A stretch of DNA of 64,000 nt from Chitinophagales bacterium (GCA_016787045.1 JAEUVA010000024.1:33618-97617), one strand, 5' to 3'; positions 1-9,529 are shown, counted from the first letter of the stretch. Numbers and translations: made by a program. The notes: generated by a model not told the origin, from the letters alone.

Positions 1-1026
1 GGTGCGGCACATTTCCTTGTCGCCATTATCCATGCTTACATGAAAACCAAAACCTTTTTCATCTTTGATAGGCAGCGATTCGTAATACGATTTCAGTTCT
101 GCCACTTCTTCTTTTTTCAATAACGGAAAAACAGCATAACCCTCACGTTCAAAAAACTGCTGCTTTTCTTCCTCTTTAAATATAGGAATCATTTTATACA
201 TATCTGCTGCTTTAAGTTGTTGAAATTGTAGCTTGGCTTGGCGATATTCTTCGGCTGTAACAAAGTGTTGTTGGTAATCAAAAACAGTTTTCAGTTCACC
301 AAAATTGGGTCGCTGGCCAATTTGCGTGTTATAGCGCTGAAAAAAATCTTCCTCTACAAAATACTGCTCCACTCTTCCTTCCTCATTTTTGTGGTAAAAC
401 ATGAGTTGTGCAGCTGCATCTATCAAACCATAAGTAACCGCAATGCGCGGCTCACCACTCCTATTTGCTGGAGAAGCATGCAACAATGCCTGCGAAAAAA
501 TAAATGCCTCACCGGCTTTCATTGGCATCAGTTTCAAATCCTTGCGCAACTCGACCTGAATGTTTTTGAATGGGTCTTCTAAAGAAGGCGAACGCAATGC
601 ACTTGAAAAGCGATGGCTGCCGTCAATCACCTGAATAGCACCATTTTTTTCATTCACATCTTGCAATGGAATCCAAATGGTGATGCTATCAAAGTTAGGT
701 TCATCTACCACTGTCCAATCTTGGTGGATGGGCATTTCGCTTTGCGCTCCGGGTTGCTTGTTCAAAAAGCAACCGCCTAATTTTTTGATGGCATTGAAAT
801 GCGAGCCGACTTGTTCGCTCAGCACACCTTCAATCTTATCATTCACACTTTGCTTGTGTGTTTCATCGGTATTGAAGCTGCTGCTGTAAAAACCATCGGG
901 CAGTTGCGAATGTTTTGCAAAGAAAAACTCACGCAGTGCAGCCACCTGTGTCTCGTCCAAAAACGGCACTACCACGTAACCGTTGAGGTTAAATTGTTGT
1001 TGAAGTTTTTCGTTTTTGAAGAGCAT
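1..1026 (-). CDS. Tandem two-domain phytanoyl-CoA dioxygenase (PhyH)-family Fe(II)/2-oxoglutarate oxygenase, 3' end beyond window edge
   Basis: Not in the ORF track because it has no stop in the window. Hand translation from ATG 1026 is open to position 1: MLFKNEKLQQQFNLNGYVVVPFL...EMPIHQDWT...TIWIPLQDVNEKNGAIQVIDGSH...MKAGEAFIFSQALLHASPAN...PRIAV. A second PhyH start follows in frame at 192 (MIPIFKEEEKQQFFEREGYAVFPLL). Confidence 0.85.
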   Translation of the reverse strand, partial: MLFKNEKLQQQFNLNGYVVVPFLDETQVAALREFFFAKHSQLPDGFYSSSFNTDETHKQSVNDKIEGVLSEQVGSHFNAIKKLGGCFLNKQPGAQSEMPIHQDWTVVDEPNFDSITIWIPLQDVNEKNGAIQVIDGSHRFSSALRSPSLEDPFKNIQVELRKDLKLMPMKAGEAFIFSQALLHASPANRSGEPRIAVTYGLIDAAAQLMFYHKNEEGRVEQYFVEEDFFQRYNTQIGQRPNFGELKTVFDYQQHFVTAEEYRQAKLQFQQLKAADMYKMIPIFKEEEKQQFFEREGYAVFPLLKKEEVAELKSYYESLPIKDEKGFGFHVSMDNGDKEMCRT

Positions 1027-1028
1027 GG

Positions 1029-1949
1029 TTAAGCAAAAACTTCTTTCAGTTTTTCAATCAGTCCTTTTTTCTCTTGCAGTTCATCAAAGCGGGGTTGCTG
1101 CAATCGCTGCACAAACTCTTTCTCGTCAATTACGCGGTGTTTGTACGAAATTGTTTTGGTACGTTTCACATTGCCCGGGTTTTTCCACGGATTGAACTGC
1201 ATATAAAAATCCACATCTACCTCCAGCACTTCCACCTCTTCCATGCTCTTTGATGGATTCATGTGGTAATGGATAGAAGGCATTTCGGAGGGTATGCAGA
1301 TAAGTTGAATAGCCAAACGCAAATCACCTGTTTTATTGATAGCGGAGTAGTGTACAATGCTATCATCCAAAATCACACAATCACCGGCTTTGGTTTCTAA
1401 AGGCACTAAGTGATTTTCAATAATTTCTTTTTTGATGTTATCTAACTCCCACGGAATCATGGGCCCGCGCACTTCGCCAAATCGCTTGTGGCTGCCGGGT
1501 ACCACTTGTAGTGTTCCATTTTCAATGGTTGAATCTACCAACGGGCACCATATAGAAACGGTAAAGCATTTGCGTTCATCGGCAAAGGCCCAGTTTTGGT
1601 GCAAGGGTACTTCTCCGGTATCGGTTTGCTTGCGAATGTAGTTGGCAATAATGGGTTTGTAATCGGCCAAAAGGCGTTTCATATGTGGCTTAAAATAATC
1701 GGTGATGATGTTGAACACCATCTGCTTGTACTCGGGGTTCTTATCAATGAATGTGAAATCGTATGTTACCAAGCGGCTATTTTCCACTCCGGTTTCTTCA
1801 GCAGATATTTGTCCGCCACTTTTGGGCAGTGTGTCAAAAAATTTTTGCTTCAGTTCAGCTACTTCTTGTGGTGTAATAAAAGGCACACATACATAACCGT
1901 TTTTTACAAATTGTTCATTCAGTAGGGCATCATTCAAAACTCCACGCAT
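1029..1949 (-). CDS. PhyH-family Fe(II)/2OG dioxygenase with atypical H-x-N metal motif
   Basis: F..NGYV..P N-terminus, VPLHQNW, SIWCPLVD...NGTLQVVPGSH, KAGDCVILDDSIVHYS, LRLAI. Confidence 0.85.
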   Translation of the reverse strand: MRGVLNDALLNEQFVKNGYVCVPFITPQEVAELKQKFFDTLPKSGGQISAEETGVENSRLVTYDFTFIDKNPEYKQMVFNIITDYFKPHMKRLLADYKPIIANYIRKQTDTGEVPLHQNWAFADERKCFTVSIWCPLVDSTIENGTLQVVPGSHKRFGEVRGPMIPWELDNIKKEIIENHLVPLETKAGDCVILDDSIVHYSAINKTGDLRLAIQLICIPSEMPSIHYHMNPSKSMEEVEVLEVDVDFYMQFNPWKNPGNVKRTKTISYKHRVIDEKEFVQRLQQPRFDELQEKKGLIEKLKEVFA

Positions 1950-2011
1950 AGTTTAAATAATTATGGTGGTGAAGATAAGCAAAACGAACAGAGTAAAATC
2001 AATGATCTACG

Positions 2012-2848
2012 TCAGGCGTGATCCACTATTTCGTCTTCTACGCGGGTAAGGTACCAGCAACCGGCTAATGCCATCAAAACTATTGTGGCTACTGCCGGAA
2101 AATACTGCCAAACCGGAAATGGCTCCCCTAAAAGTGCAAACCGGTAACCCTCTATAATGCCCGCCATAGGGTTGAGGTAAACCAAAAAATGATATTGCGG
2201 TGGAATAATGGTAGTAGGGAAAAACACAGGCGTAAACCATATCGCAATTCCTAAAAGCGGAAGAATGATTTGGTTGAGGTCACGATAGCGAACGTTTAGC
2301 GCATTCATCCAAAAAGCAACTGCCAAACCACACATTATGTTGAGTGCCACAAACAGCGGAAGTGTTAAAATACCCACCCCCGGAAAATGGAGCACAACCA
2401 TCATCATTACACCCAATATGAGTAAAGATGCCCCCAACTCTACCATAGCCACCAGCACTTTTGATAATGGCAAAATCATTTTTGGGAAATACATTTTACG
2501 AATCAGGTTTTGCCGCTGCACAATGGCTGTGGAAGCATTAGAAGCTATATTTTGAAAAAAATTCCATGCCACCATGCCGCTAAAAGCAAATAGAAAGTAA
2601 GGGGAGCTGGTTTTTATATTCAATAAAAAGTTAAATAATACAGTGAATACTGATAGGATAACCAGCGGACGAAGCACTACCCACGCCAGCCCAAAATAGG
2701 TTTGTGCGTATTGGGTTTTTATTTCTTGCCAAGCAAAGACCCATATCAAACTGCGGTACTTTACCATCTCGTTCCAGTACTCGCTTATACTGAGTGGATC
2801 GGGAGTAATCACCTTTACAGGTTTGGGGTTTGTAGAAATGGTTTCCAT
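2012..2848 (-). CDS. wzm: ABC-2 type polysaccharide export permease (Wzm/RfbA-like)
   Basis: YRSLIW...EIKTQYAQTYFGLAW, NLIRKMYFPK, VRYRD, TPVFFP, LNPMAGIIEGYR motifs; about six TM helices. Confidence 0.85.
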   Translation of the reverse strand: METISTNPKPVKVITPDPLSISEYWNEMVKYRSLIWVFAWQEIKTQYAQTYFGLAWVVLRPLVILSVFTVLFNFLLNIKTSSPYFLFAFSGMVAWNFFQNIASNASTAIVQRQNLIRKMYFPKMILPLSKVLVAMVELGASLLILGVMMMVVLHFPGVGILTLPLFVALNIMCGLAVAFWMNALNVRYRDLNQIILPLLGIAIWFTPVFFPTTIIPPQYHFLVYLNPMAGIIEGYRFALLGEPFPVWQYFPAVATIVLMALAGCWYLTRVEDEIVDHA

Positions 2849-2850
2849 GC

Positions 2851-5667
2851 TTATCGCTTCAATGTTTTTTCAAGTTCCACAATGGTTTGTTTCAACTTAA
2901 GGTCATTAGGTAGCAACAGTTGCGTTTTCCGAAAGTAATATAATGCGCTGTCGTTCTTCTGCTGGCTCAAAAATATTTTGGCCGTATTGATGTACGGCTC
3001 AAATGCATAAGGGAAAAGTTGTGTGGCTCTGCGGTTTACGCTTACGGCATTATCATAATCTTTGAGCATAAAATAGCTGAAACTAAGATTGGCATACACC
3101 GATTGGTTTTGCGGAAACTTACTCAGGTATTTTTCATACAGCGGAATAGCCCCTGCAAAATCTTTTTTCTCATACAAAATGGATGCCATGTCTAAACAGG
3201 GCACTACAAAATTACTATCTAACTCAATCGTTTTTTTGTAGCTGGCAAAAGCTTCATCGGGCTTGCCGAGCATCAGGTAGCACTGCCCCATATCAAACCA
3301 AGGGTTTTTGTAGTCGGGCACAATTTCTGCGCTGCGCTTGAGGTGAATAATTGCTTCTTCTGCATACTTGGTGCGCTTAGGTTGGTCAGTTGCTTTTTTG
3401 GCTTCTATCAGCAAAGTTACCCCCAGCATATCTTGCCCTTTGGCAGAGTTTTCTAAGTGTTTAATGTCATTGCGATATAGCGTCAATTCGTTTTTCCAAT
3501 CGGTATTGCGGGCAATGGTCATGCCGGTATAAAGCAAAAGGATAGCAGCCAATATTCCTTTTTGTGTAGCAGAAAAATGATGAACGGATAATTTGCCAGA
3601 TGCTTCCTGCTTGAATACAAAAAAGAAAAGTGCCGTTAATGCAGTAGCAGTTCCCAGTGTGGGAACAAACAAAAAACGGTCGGCCATTACACCGGGTACC
3701 ACGGTTACTACGTTGGTGTATGATGCAATACTGATGGTGTAAAACAATAACCCGAAACCGGCTAACTTTTTTTCAGTTGTAATTAACCAGAGGCCAGCAG
3801 CCAACAACAAGCCATAAACGAGTAATCCCAATACCGCAATTCCATCTGTCCACTGGCGCGGCACAATTTCTTTGTATCCATAATAAAATCGCATAGGGTA
3901 GGGCAGTACCGATAACTTCAAGTACCGCAATAAAACATCGGCTGCAGTGCCTATTTTCTCGCTCATAGGCGATAGCCGGTTTACGGGTGTTTCCATAAAC
4001 TGCACGGGGCGGTTTAGGTTTTTTGGTGTGATGTTTACCGGATTTTGCCAATTGATCTTAGCAAGCGCTTCGTTTGTTTTTGGCGCGTTAGATGGAAAAG
4101 TAACAGAGTTCCAAGATAGTAGTAGTGCTACCCAAACCATGGCTACCGATACATATTCGGCAAACTTAGAATGTATGTTTTTAATCAGAATATAAACTAA
4201 CGCAGCCACGTAAGGCACAAGCAAGTACAAAAGAGTATTACTAATCGGATTTCCGTTGATGACTAACCAAGCTACGTATACAAATCCAATACTCAAAAAA
4301 CTAATTCCTGCATAAGTTGTCCATTTATAATTTTTAAATGTCAATGCCGCAAAAAGTAGAACCACCACAATTCCCCAGTAAAAATTACTATGCCAGCCAC
4401 CTATGGTTAAGATTAACAATAGTGAAAAAAGAACAATGTATAATGCGGGTTTTTTTGCTGTGGCAAGTAGCATGGTGCCGGTGGCTAACACATTTACAAA
4501 GAGAAAAGCAGTGCTGATTTCGCACCACATACCTGCACAAAGTAGTGCAGTTGCATAACCCAAAAATAAAATAGGTTTTGCGTCAGCTTGCACGGCAACA
4601 AACAGCGCGCTTAATATAAAAATGCCTGCATACAAAAGGGCTGTATTGGCGTAATACATACCAGCAAAAAACACAGCTAAGCTTACGATCAAAAGACCAA
4701 AGTAAGTGAAGTAAAATGCCGGCTGTGTGTACAATTTTGACCGACTTGCCTCATCATTAGATTGCAACTCAATTTGTGGCTTCATCAAAACATTAATCAC
4801 CTGTTTTTTCTGTTCGCTCCAAAAGTTTAGAAGGTATGCCTTTTGTATCAACAAATAGATAAAAGTTACTACACCGTACGTGCCTCCAATAACTATCATG
4901 CGGCTGCTGATATTCGGCAGGTTTAGCACCGGAAACATCACCACGGCCAAAGTTAAATACAGCGCAGTAACCTCGTACCATCTTACGTTTCTGAAAATTA
5001 GTAGCGAAGCAGGTATAAATATGATGAAGGTGGTAGCCGTTTGCTTAGATAGTAACGCAATGAGAAATGATAATGCTGCCACCGGCAACCAGAGCCATCT
5101 CTTTGGTTTGTCGGTATCTGCAAAAAGCAGTGTAGCTTTCCACGCAAGTAATGAAAAAATAACAGCCAATAACTCATCTCTGTTTTTGATACTGGCTACT
5201 ACCTCGGTATGTATGGGGTGAGCTGCAAAAAGCAGTGTGATAATAAAAGGAACCAATGGCGAATATTCTTGCAGTAGTTGACGCAGTACACTCAATAGCA
5301 ATACGCACAGCAAACCATAAAACAGCACATTGAAAAAATGGCTCCCACTTGCTTTTTCACCAAAAAACTGGTGCTCAATGGCAAAGCTGACTAATACAAT
5401 AGGGCGGTATTCATAAGCAAAGCCCGCTTTGTCTTTATAGTATGGTTCTTTAAAAATATCGGCAATGGCCGATATGCCTTTAGAAGTAAGCCGATGGTTT
5501 TGAGTAACGAGGGTATCATCTATGTTGTAGCCGTTGGGCAACGTGTTGAAATACAAAAACATACTAAACAAAAACACGGTTAGCCATTGCCATTTGCCCG
5601 TGGCGGCATCTAACCAGTTCGTTGAAACGGTTTCTTTTTTAGGAGGTGTTCTTTTAGCAGCTGTCAT
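2851..5667 (-). CDS. TMTC-like GT-C membrane glycosyltransferase with C-terminal TPRs and a large membrane insertion
   Basis: GYNIDD, YRPI, FAAHPIHTEVV..IKNRDELL, LLSKQ, ADRFLFVP, RNTDWKNELTL followed by TPR repeats (approx. residues 745-935). Confidence 0.75.
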   Translation of the reverse strand: MTAAKRTPPKKETVSTNWLDAATGKWQWLTVFLFSMFLYFNTLPNGYNIDDTLVTQNHRLTSKGISAIADIFKEPYYKDKAGFAYEYRPIVLVSFAIEHQFFGEKASGSHFFNVLFYGLLCVLLLSVLRQLLQEYSPLVPFIITLLFAAHPIHTEVVASIKNRDELLAVIFSLLAWKATLLFADTDKPKRWLWLPVAALSFLIALLSKQTATTFIIFIPASLLIFRNVRWYEVTALYLTLAVVMFPVLNLPNISSRMIVIGGTYGVVTFIYLLIQKAYLLNFWSEQKKQVINVLMKPQIELQSNDEASRSKLYTQPAFYFTYFGLLIVSLAVFFAGMYYANTALLYAGIFILSALFVAVQADAKPILFLGYATALLCAGMWCEISTAFLFVNVLATGTMLLATAKKPALYIVLFSLLLILTIGGWHSNFYWGIVVVLLFAALTFKNYKWTTYAGISFLSIGFVYVAWLVINGNPISNTLLYLLVPYVAALVYILIKNIHSKFAEYVSVAMVWVALLLSWNSVTFPSNAPKTNEALAKINWQNPVNITPKNLNRPVQFMETPVNRLSPMSEKIGTAADVLLRYLKLSVLPYPMRFYYGYKEIVPRQWTDGIAVLGLLVYGLLLAAGLWLITTEKKLAGFGLLFYTISIASYTNVVTVVPGVMADRFLFVPTLGTATALTALFFFVFKQEASGKLSVHHFSATQKGILAAILLLYTGMTIARNTDWKNELTLYRNDIKHLENSAKGQDMLGVTLLIEAKKATDQPKRTKYAEEAIIHLKRSAEIVPDYKNPWFDMGQCYLMLGKPDEAFASYKKTIELDSNFVVPCLDMASILYEKKDFAGAIPLYEKYLSKFPQNQSVYANLSFSYFMLKDYDNAVSVNRRATQLFPYAFEPYINTAKIFLSQQKNDSALYYFRKTQLLLPNDLKLKQTIVELEKTLKR

Positions 5668-5668
5668 T

Positions 5669-6775
5669 TTATTTTACACGGTATTCAAACAGGTTGCCAT
5701 AAATAGATTGTACTTGCGCTATCACCTCTGCCCGGTCTGTAATCATTACTTTTCTGTTTTGCTGAGCTAACAGTAGAGCAATTTTTAAACGCTGCGATTC
5801 ATCGATAAAAACAGTACCAGCTTTGTAAGCTACACCGTCTATTTCAATACATTCATCCGGTTTGTGCGCTTTCAAAAGGGTTTGTATTTGAAAATGCAAA
5901 TGTTGTTCATTCACTTTATCTGTTGCTGATGCCAATGGCAGCGGTTGTTGTACGGTATCTGCAAATTTTTGAAGCGCACGGTTATCACGCGGAAAACATG
6001 GCCCGCCAAAACCATCACCATAATTCAAATACTTGTTTCCAATACGCGAATCGGCACCTACTGCTTGCAACACTTTTGTTACATCTGCTCCGGCTTTTAT
6101 CGCCAAATCGCCAATAGAATTTGCAAACGAAATTTTAGTGGTTAAAAAACAATTAGTGGCCAGCTTGGCAATTTCTGCACTTAATCTATCCATCCGGTGA
6201 ACCGTAGGCGTGCTTTGGCAAAAACTGAGATGTAGCTCTTCAATTGCATTGCCTACGCTTTCATTTTCTTCTCCAATTAAAATTACATCCGGGTTTTGCT
6301 GATTGCGGATAATGCTGCCTTGTGCAATAAATTCCGGATTGTAACTAACAGTATAATTATGAGGATTCAATTTAGCTGCCAACGTATTGCAATAGCCCGG
6401 CATAGTGGTACAGCCAATCACCAAATGTTTAGTAGAAGTTGGCTTGGGTAGCGATAAAAGTTGTTCGGCAATTCGCTCTATTTGCTCGTGGTTGTAGCTG
6501 CCATCGGGCAGTGCCGGTGTAGCTACAAAAACAAAAATTAAATCAGTACCCAAAGCAGTTGAAAGATCAGTACTTGCAAAAAAGTTTTTTGCTTCTTGCA
6601 AATATTCATTGACCAGTGGCTCGGGCGAGCGAAAAGCTTTTTGGTTAATACTCAAAACATAATCTTCACTCACATCTACACCGGTAACAAAGTACCCACT
6701 ACGCTCCGCATTCAGTGCAAAGCACAAGCCAAGTTTACCAATACCAATTACACCAATTTTCTTTTCAGCATTCAT
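5669..6775 (-). CDS. UDP-glucose/GDP-mannose dehydrogenase family protein (short C-terminal domain)
   Basis: Rossmann GIGKLG, VATP, NPEFIAQG, AEIAKL..N..L..KISFAN, DSRIG, catalytic GFGGPCFPRD. Confidence 0.85.
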   Translation of the reverse strand: MNAEKKIGVIGIGKLGLCFALNAERSGYFVTGVDVSEDYVLSINQKAFRSPEPLVNEYLQEAKNFFASTDLSTALGTDLIFVFVATPALPDGSYNHEQIERIAEQLLSLPKPTSTKHLVIGCTTMPGYCNTLAAKLNPHNYTVSYNPEFIAQGSIIRNQQNPDVILIGEENESVGNAIEELHLSFCQSTPTVHRMDRLSAEIAKLATNCFLTTKISFANSIGDLAIKAGADVTKVLQAVGADSRIGNKYLNYGDGFGGPCFPRDNRALQKFADTVQQPLPLASATDKVNEQHLHFQIQTLLKAHKPDECIEIDGVAYKAGTVFIDESQRLKIALLLAQQNRKVMITDRAEVIAQVQSIYGNLFEYRVK

Positions 6776-6883
6776 TGTTCTGAGCCGCTACTTACCAAAA
6801 GCCATTGTACTTTGCAAGTTTAGGATAAAGAACCAAACTGTCATTTTTGTGTTTAATCAATCGCTCTACATTCGCCTTAAATT

Positions 6884-7951
6884 ATGGTTATGGACAGTAC
6901 TGCAAGAAAATGGATAGGAACATGGTTGCTCATTGGTTGTGTGATGGTATTTTTTCAGGTGATGGTAGGCGGAGTAACGCGGCTTACCGAGTCGGGCTTA
7001 TCCATTACGGAATGGAAACCTATTAAAGGCATAGTGCCACCAACCAATGAACAAGAATGGAACGCAGAATTTGAACGTTACAAAACCATAGCACAGTACC
7101 AAACAATCAATCAGGGCATGTTGCTTAGTGAGTTTAAGTGGATTTATTTTTGGGAATACTTCCATCGGTTTTGGGCGCGGTTTATGGGTTTTGTGTTTGC
7201 TATACCCTTTGCTTTTTTCTTATACAAAAAGTGGTTTACTAAAGACCTGATGCAAAAAACCATTCCGCTTTTTGTGTGGGGTGGTGTAATAGGAGTTTAC
7301 GGTTGGATAATGGTGCGTAGCGGCTTGCGCGGTATGTATGTACCTCCCATTCACCTCAGCATTCACCTGCTGTTAGCCATGAGTTTGTTTGGATACTTGG
7401 TGTGGCTGACTACGTATGTCTGGTTGGGCGTTTCCGCAACTACGGCCATTTCAAAGTATAAAAATTTATTGTGGGTAATGCTTGTTCTTTTGTTTGTACA
7501 GGTGTTTTTTGGCGGCATTGTTTCGGGCATGAAAGCCGGCTTGGCCGCCAACGACTGGCCGCTCATCAACGGGCAACTCATTCCCGACACATTATGGCAG
7601 TTATCGCCCAATAGCAGCGGGTTTACGCAGTACAATGCACAAGATTTTTGGGGAAGAATTTTTATACAGTTTGTTCATCGTAGCACGGCATATATTATTG
7701 TTGGTTTGGTGTTTTTCTTTTGGTGGAAAAACAGAAATGCGGTAACTTCATCCACCGGCAAATTAGGTATCAATCTTTTACCGCTTACCGTTTGCTTACA
7801 AGCTATTATTGGAATATTTACTGTGGTAAATTGCGTGGGTCACATACCCGTTTTTTATGGAGTGCTGCATCAGGTAGGAGCCATGTTGCTCATTGCTAAT
7901 ATGGTTTTTGTGCTGTTTCACATGCAGCAAAAAAGTACATTGGCGGTATGA
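6884..7951 (+). CDS. ctaA: Heme A synthase (COX15/CtaA type 2)
   Basis: VGGVTRLTESGLSITEW, WEYFHR, QFVHR, VLHQ motifs; 8 TM. Confidence 0.9.
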   Translation: MVMDSTARKWIGTWLLIGCVMVFFQVMVGGVTRLTESGLSITEWKPIKGIVPPTNEQEWNAEFERYKTIAQYQTINQGMLLSEFKWIYFWEYFHRFWARFMGFVFAIPFAFFLYKKWFTKDLMQKTIPLFVWGGVIGVYGWIMVRSGLRGMYVPPIHLSIHLLLAMSLFGYLVWLTTYVWLGVSATTAISKYKNLLWVMLVLLFVQVFFGGIVSGMKAGLAANDWPLINGQLIPDTLWQLSPNSSGFTQYNAQDFWGRIFIQFVHRSTAYIIVGLVFFFWWKNRNAVTSSTGKLGINLLPLTVCLQAIIGIFTVVNCVGHIPVFYGVLHQVGAMLLIANMVFVLFHMQQKSTLAV

Positions 7952-9198
7952 AGGATAAGATTCATGCCATACGCTCTGTTTTTACAGCGGCTGTTATTGT
8001 AGCAGCGCTCGGATACTTTGTAGATATCTATGATTTGTTGCTGTTTAGCGTGATTTGGAAGCCGAGTTTAAAAGACATGGGTGTTCCTGCCGCAGAGTTG
8101 ATTAGCACCGGTGAAATGCTGATCAATACTCAAATGACCGGCTTGCTGCTCGGAGGTATTTTGTGGGGAGTAATGGGCGATAAGCGAGGTAGGTTATCTG
8201 TGCTTTTTGGGTCTATTGTTACATACTCATTAGCCAACATCATGAATGGCTTTGCCAATGAAGTGTGGCACTATGCCTTGCTGCGTTTTATTGCCGGTAT
8301 TGGTTTAGCCGGTGAATTAGGCGCGGGCATTACGCTGGTGGCAGAGTCGCTGCCCAAAGAAAAACGTGGATGGGGTACCATGCTGGTGGCAGCCGTGGGG
8401 GTATCGGGTGCAGTGTTTGCCGGTATGATGTGGCGGGTACTCAGCAACAATGGAGCTGATATTAGCGCCTGGCGCACGTGCTTTTTTATAGGAGGTGCCT
8501 TAGGTCTCGCATTATTAATTTTGCGCATAGGAGTTTATGAGTCGGGCATGTTTACCCAATTGGTTTCGCAACATGTAGATAGGGGTAATTTCTTTAAACT
8601 GTTTAATAATAAAGAAAGGTTTCTGCGCTACATGCGCTGCATTTTGGTGGGCTTGCCCACTTGGTTTAGTATAGGAGTATTGGTTACGTTTTGTCAGAGT
8701 TTTGCCGAGCAATTAGGCGTAGTAGGTGCTGTAGAGTCTGGCATTGCCATTATGTATGCCTACAGCGGTATTACCATAGGCGATTTTGCAGCCGGCTACC
8801 TGAGTCAGGTGTTGAAGAGCCGCAGAAAAGCATTGTTTACTTTTTTAATGTTTACAGCGCTTGGGTTCTTAATGTACTTTAATGCTCGTGGAGTAAGTGC
8901 GCAGTACTTTTACATGATTATCGGCTTTATTGGTTTTGGTACCGGTTTTTGGGCGGTGGTGGTCACCAATGCTGCCGAACAGTTTGGCACCAATCTGCGC
9001 AACACGGTAGCTACAACTGTACCGAACTTTATTCGCGGTTCGCTGCCATTACTTATCTTTTTGTATAAAGGTTTGCAAACCTACTTTTCGCAGTTGCACA
9101 GCGCGGCTATTGTTGCGGTACTCTGCATTATAGTACCTATGGTTGCCGTGTACTACTCTGCCGAAACTTACGGCAAAGAGTTAGAGTATGTAGAATAA
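7948..9198 (+). CDS. MFS transporter
   Basis: GYFVDIYD, GDKRGR motif A, RFIAGIGLAGE, EQFGTNLR; about 12 TM; ATGA overlap with ctaA. Confidence 0.88.
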   Translation: MKDKIHAIRSVFTAAVIVAALGYFVDIYDLLLFSVIWKPSLKDMGVPAAELISTGEMLINTQMTGLLLGGILWGVMGDKRGRLSVLFGSIVTYSLANIMNGFANEVWHYALLRFIAGIGLAGELGAGITLVAESLPKEKRGWGTMLVAAVGVSGAVFAGMMWRVLSNNGADISAWRTCFFIGGALGLALLILRIGVYESGMFTQLVSQHVDRGNFFKLFNNKERFLRYMRCILVGLPTWFSIGVLVTFCQSFAEQLGVVGAVESGIAIMYAYSGITIGDFAAGYLSQVLKSRRKALFTFLMFTALGFLMYFNARGVSAQYFYMIIGFIGFGTGFWAVVVTNAAEQFGTNLRNTVATTVPNFIRGSLPLLIFLYKGLQTYFSQLHSAAIVAVLCIIVPMVAVYYSAETYGKELEYVE

Positions 9199-9199
9199 T

Positions 9200-9529
9200 T
9201 TACTTATGAAAGGTATAGTCTGTTACCAACGACCCTTGCTCGCCACTGGTACTTTGTGAAATAAGCAGATAGCCCTGCGCGCTGATTTTGTTGAGGGTTT
9301 TAACCACCGTGCGCATGTTTTCGGTTACATTTTTTTCGCTGAAAGGGAGTAACTCCACTTCCTCACTTTTACCATCTTCATACACAATAACAATGCGCGC
9401 ATTTACATAGCCGCCACCCATGCCCACGGCACGATTGCAATCAAACACGCGCATTACGGCATATCCGTTAGGCAGCGCAAAGCCGGTCACAGCGGTCAGC
9501 AAAAACAAAACAGTAAGCACTTTTTTCAT
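9200..9529 (-). CDS. Small secreted hypothetical protein
   Basis: Start moved to MKKVLTVLFLLTAVTGFA (signal peptide); LNK....GY.LI C-terminal pattern. Confidence 0.6.
   Translation of the reverse strand: MKKVLTVLFLLTAVTGFALPNGYAVMRVFDCNRAVGMGGGYVNARIVIVYEDGKSEEVELLPFSEKNVTENMRTVVKTLNKISAQGYLLISQSTSGEQGSLVTDYTFHK

Noticed and set aside
238-1032. Plus-strand ORFs 238-582, 677-889 and 799-1032
   Set aside because: They are antisense shadows of the minus-strand double-PhyH gene and show no recognisable motifs.
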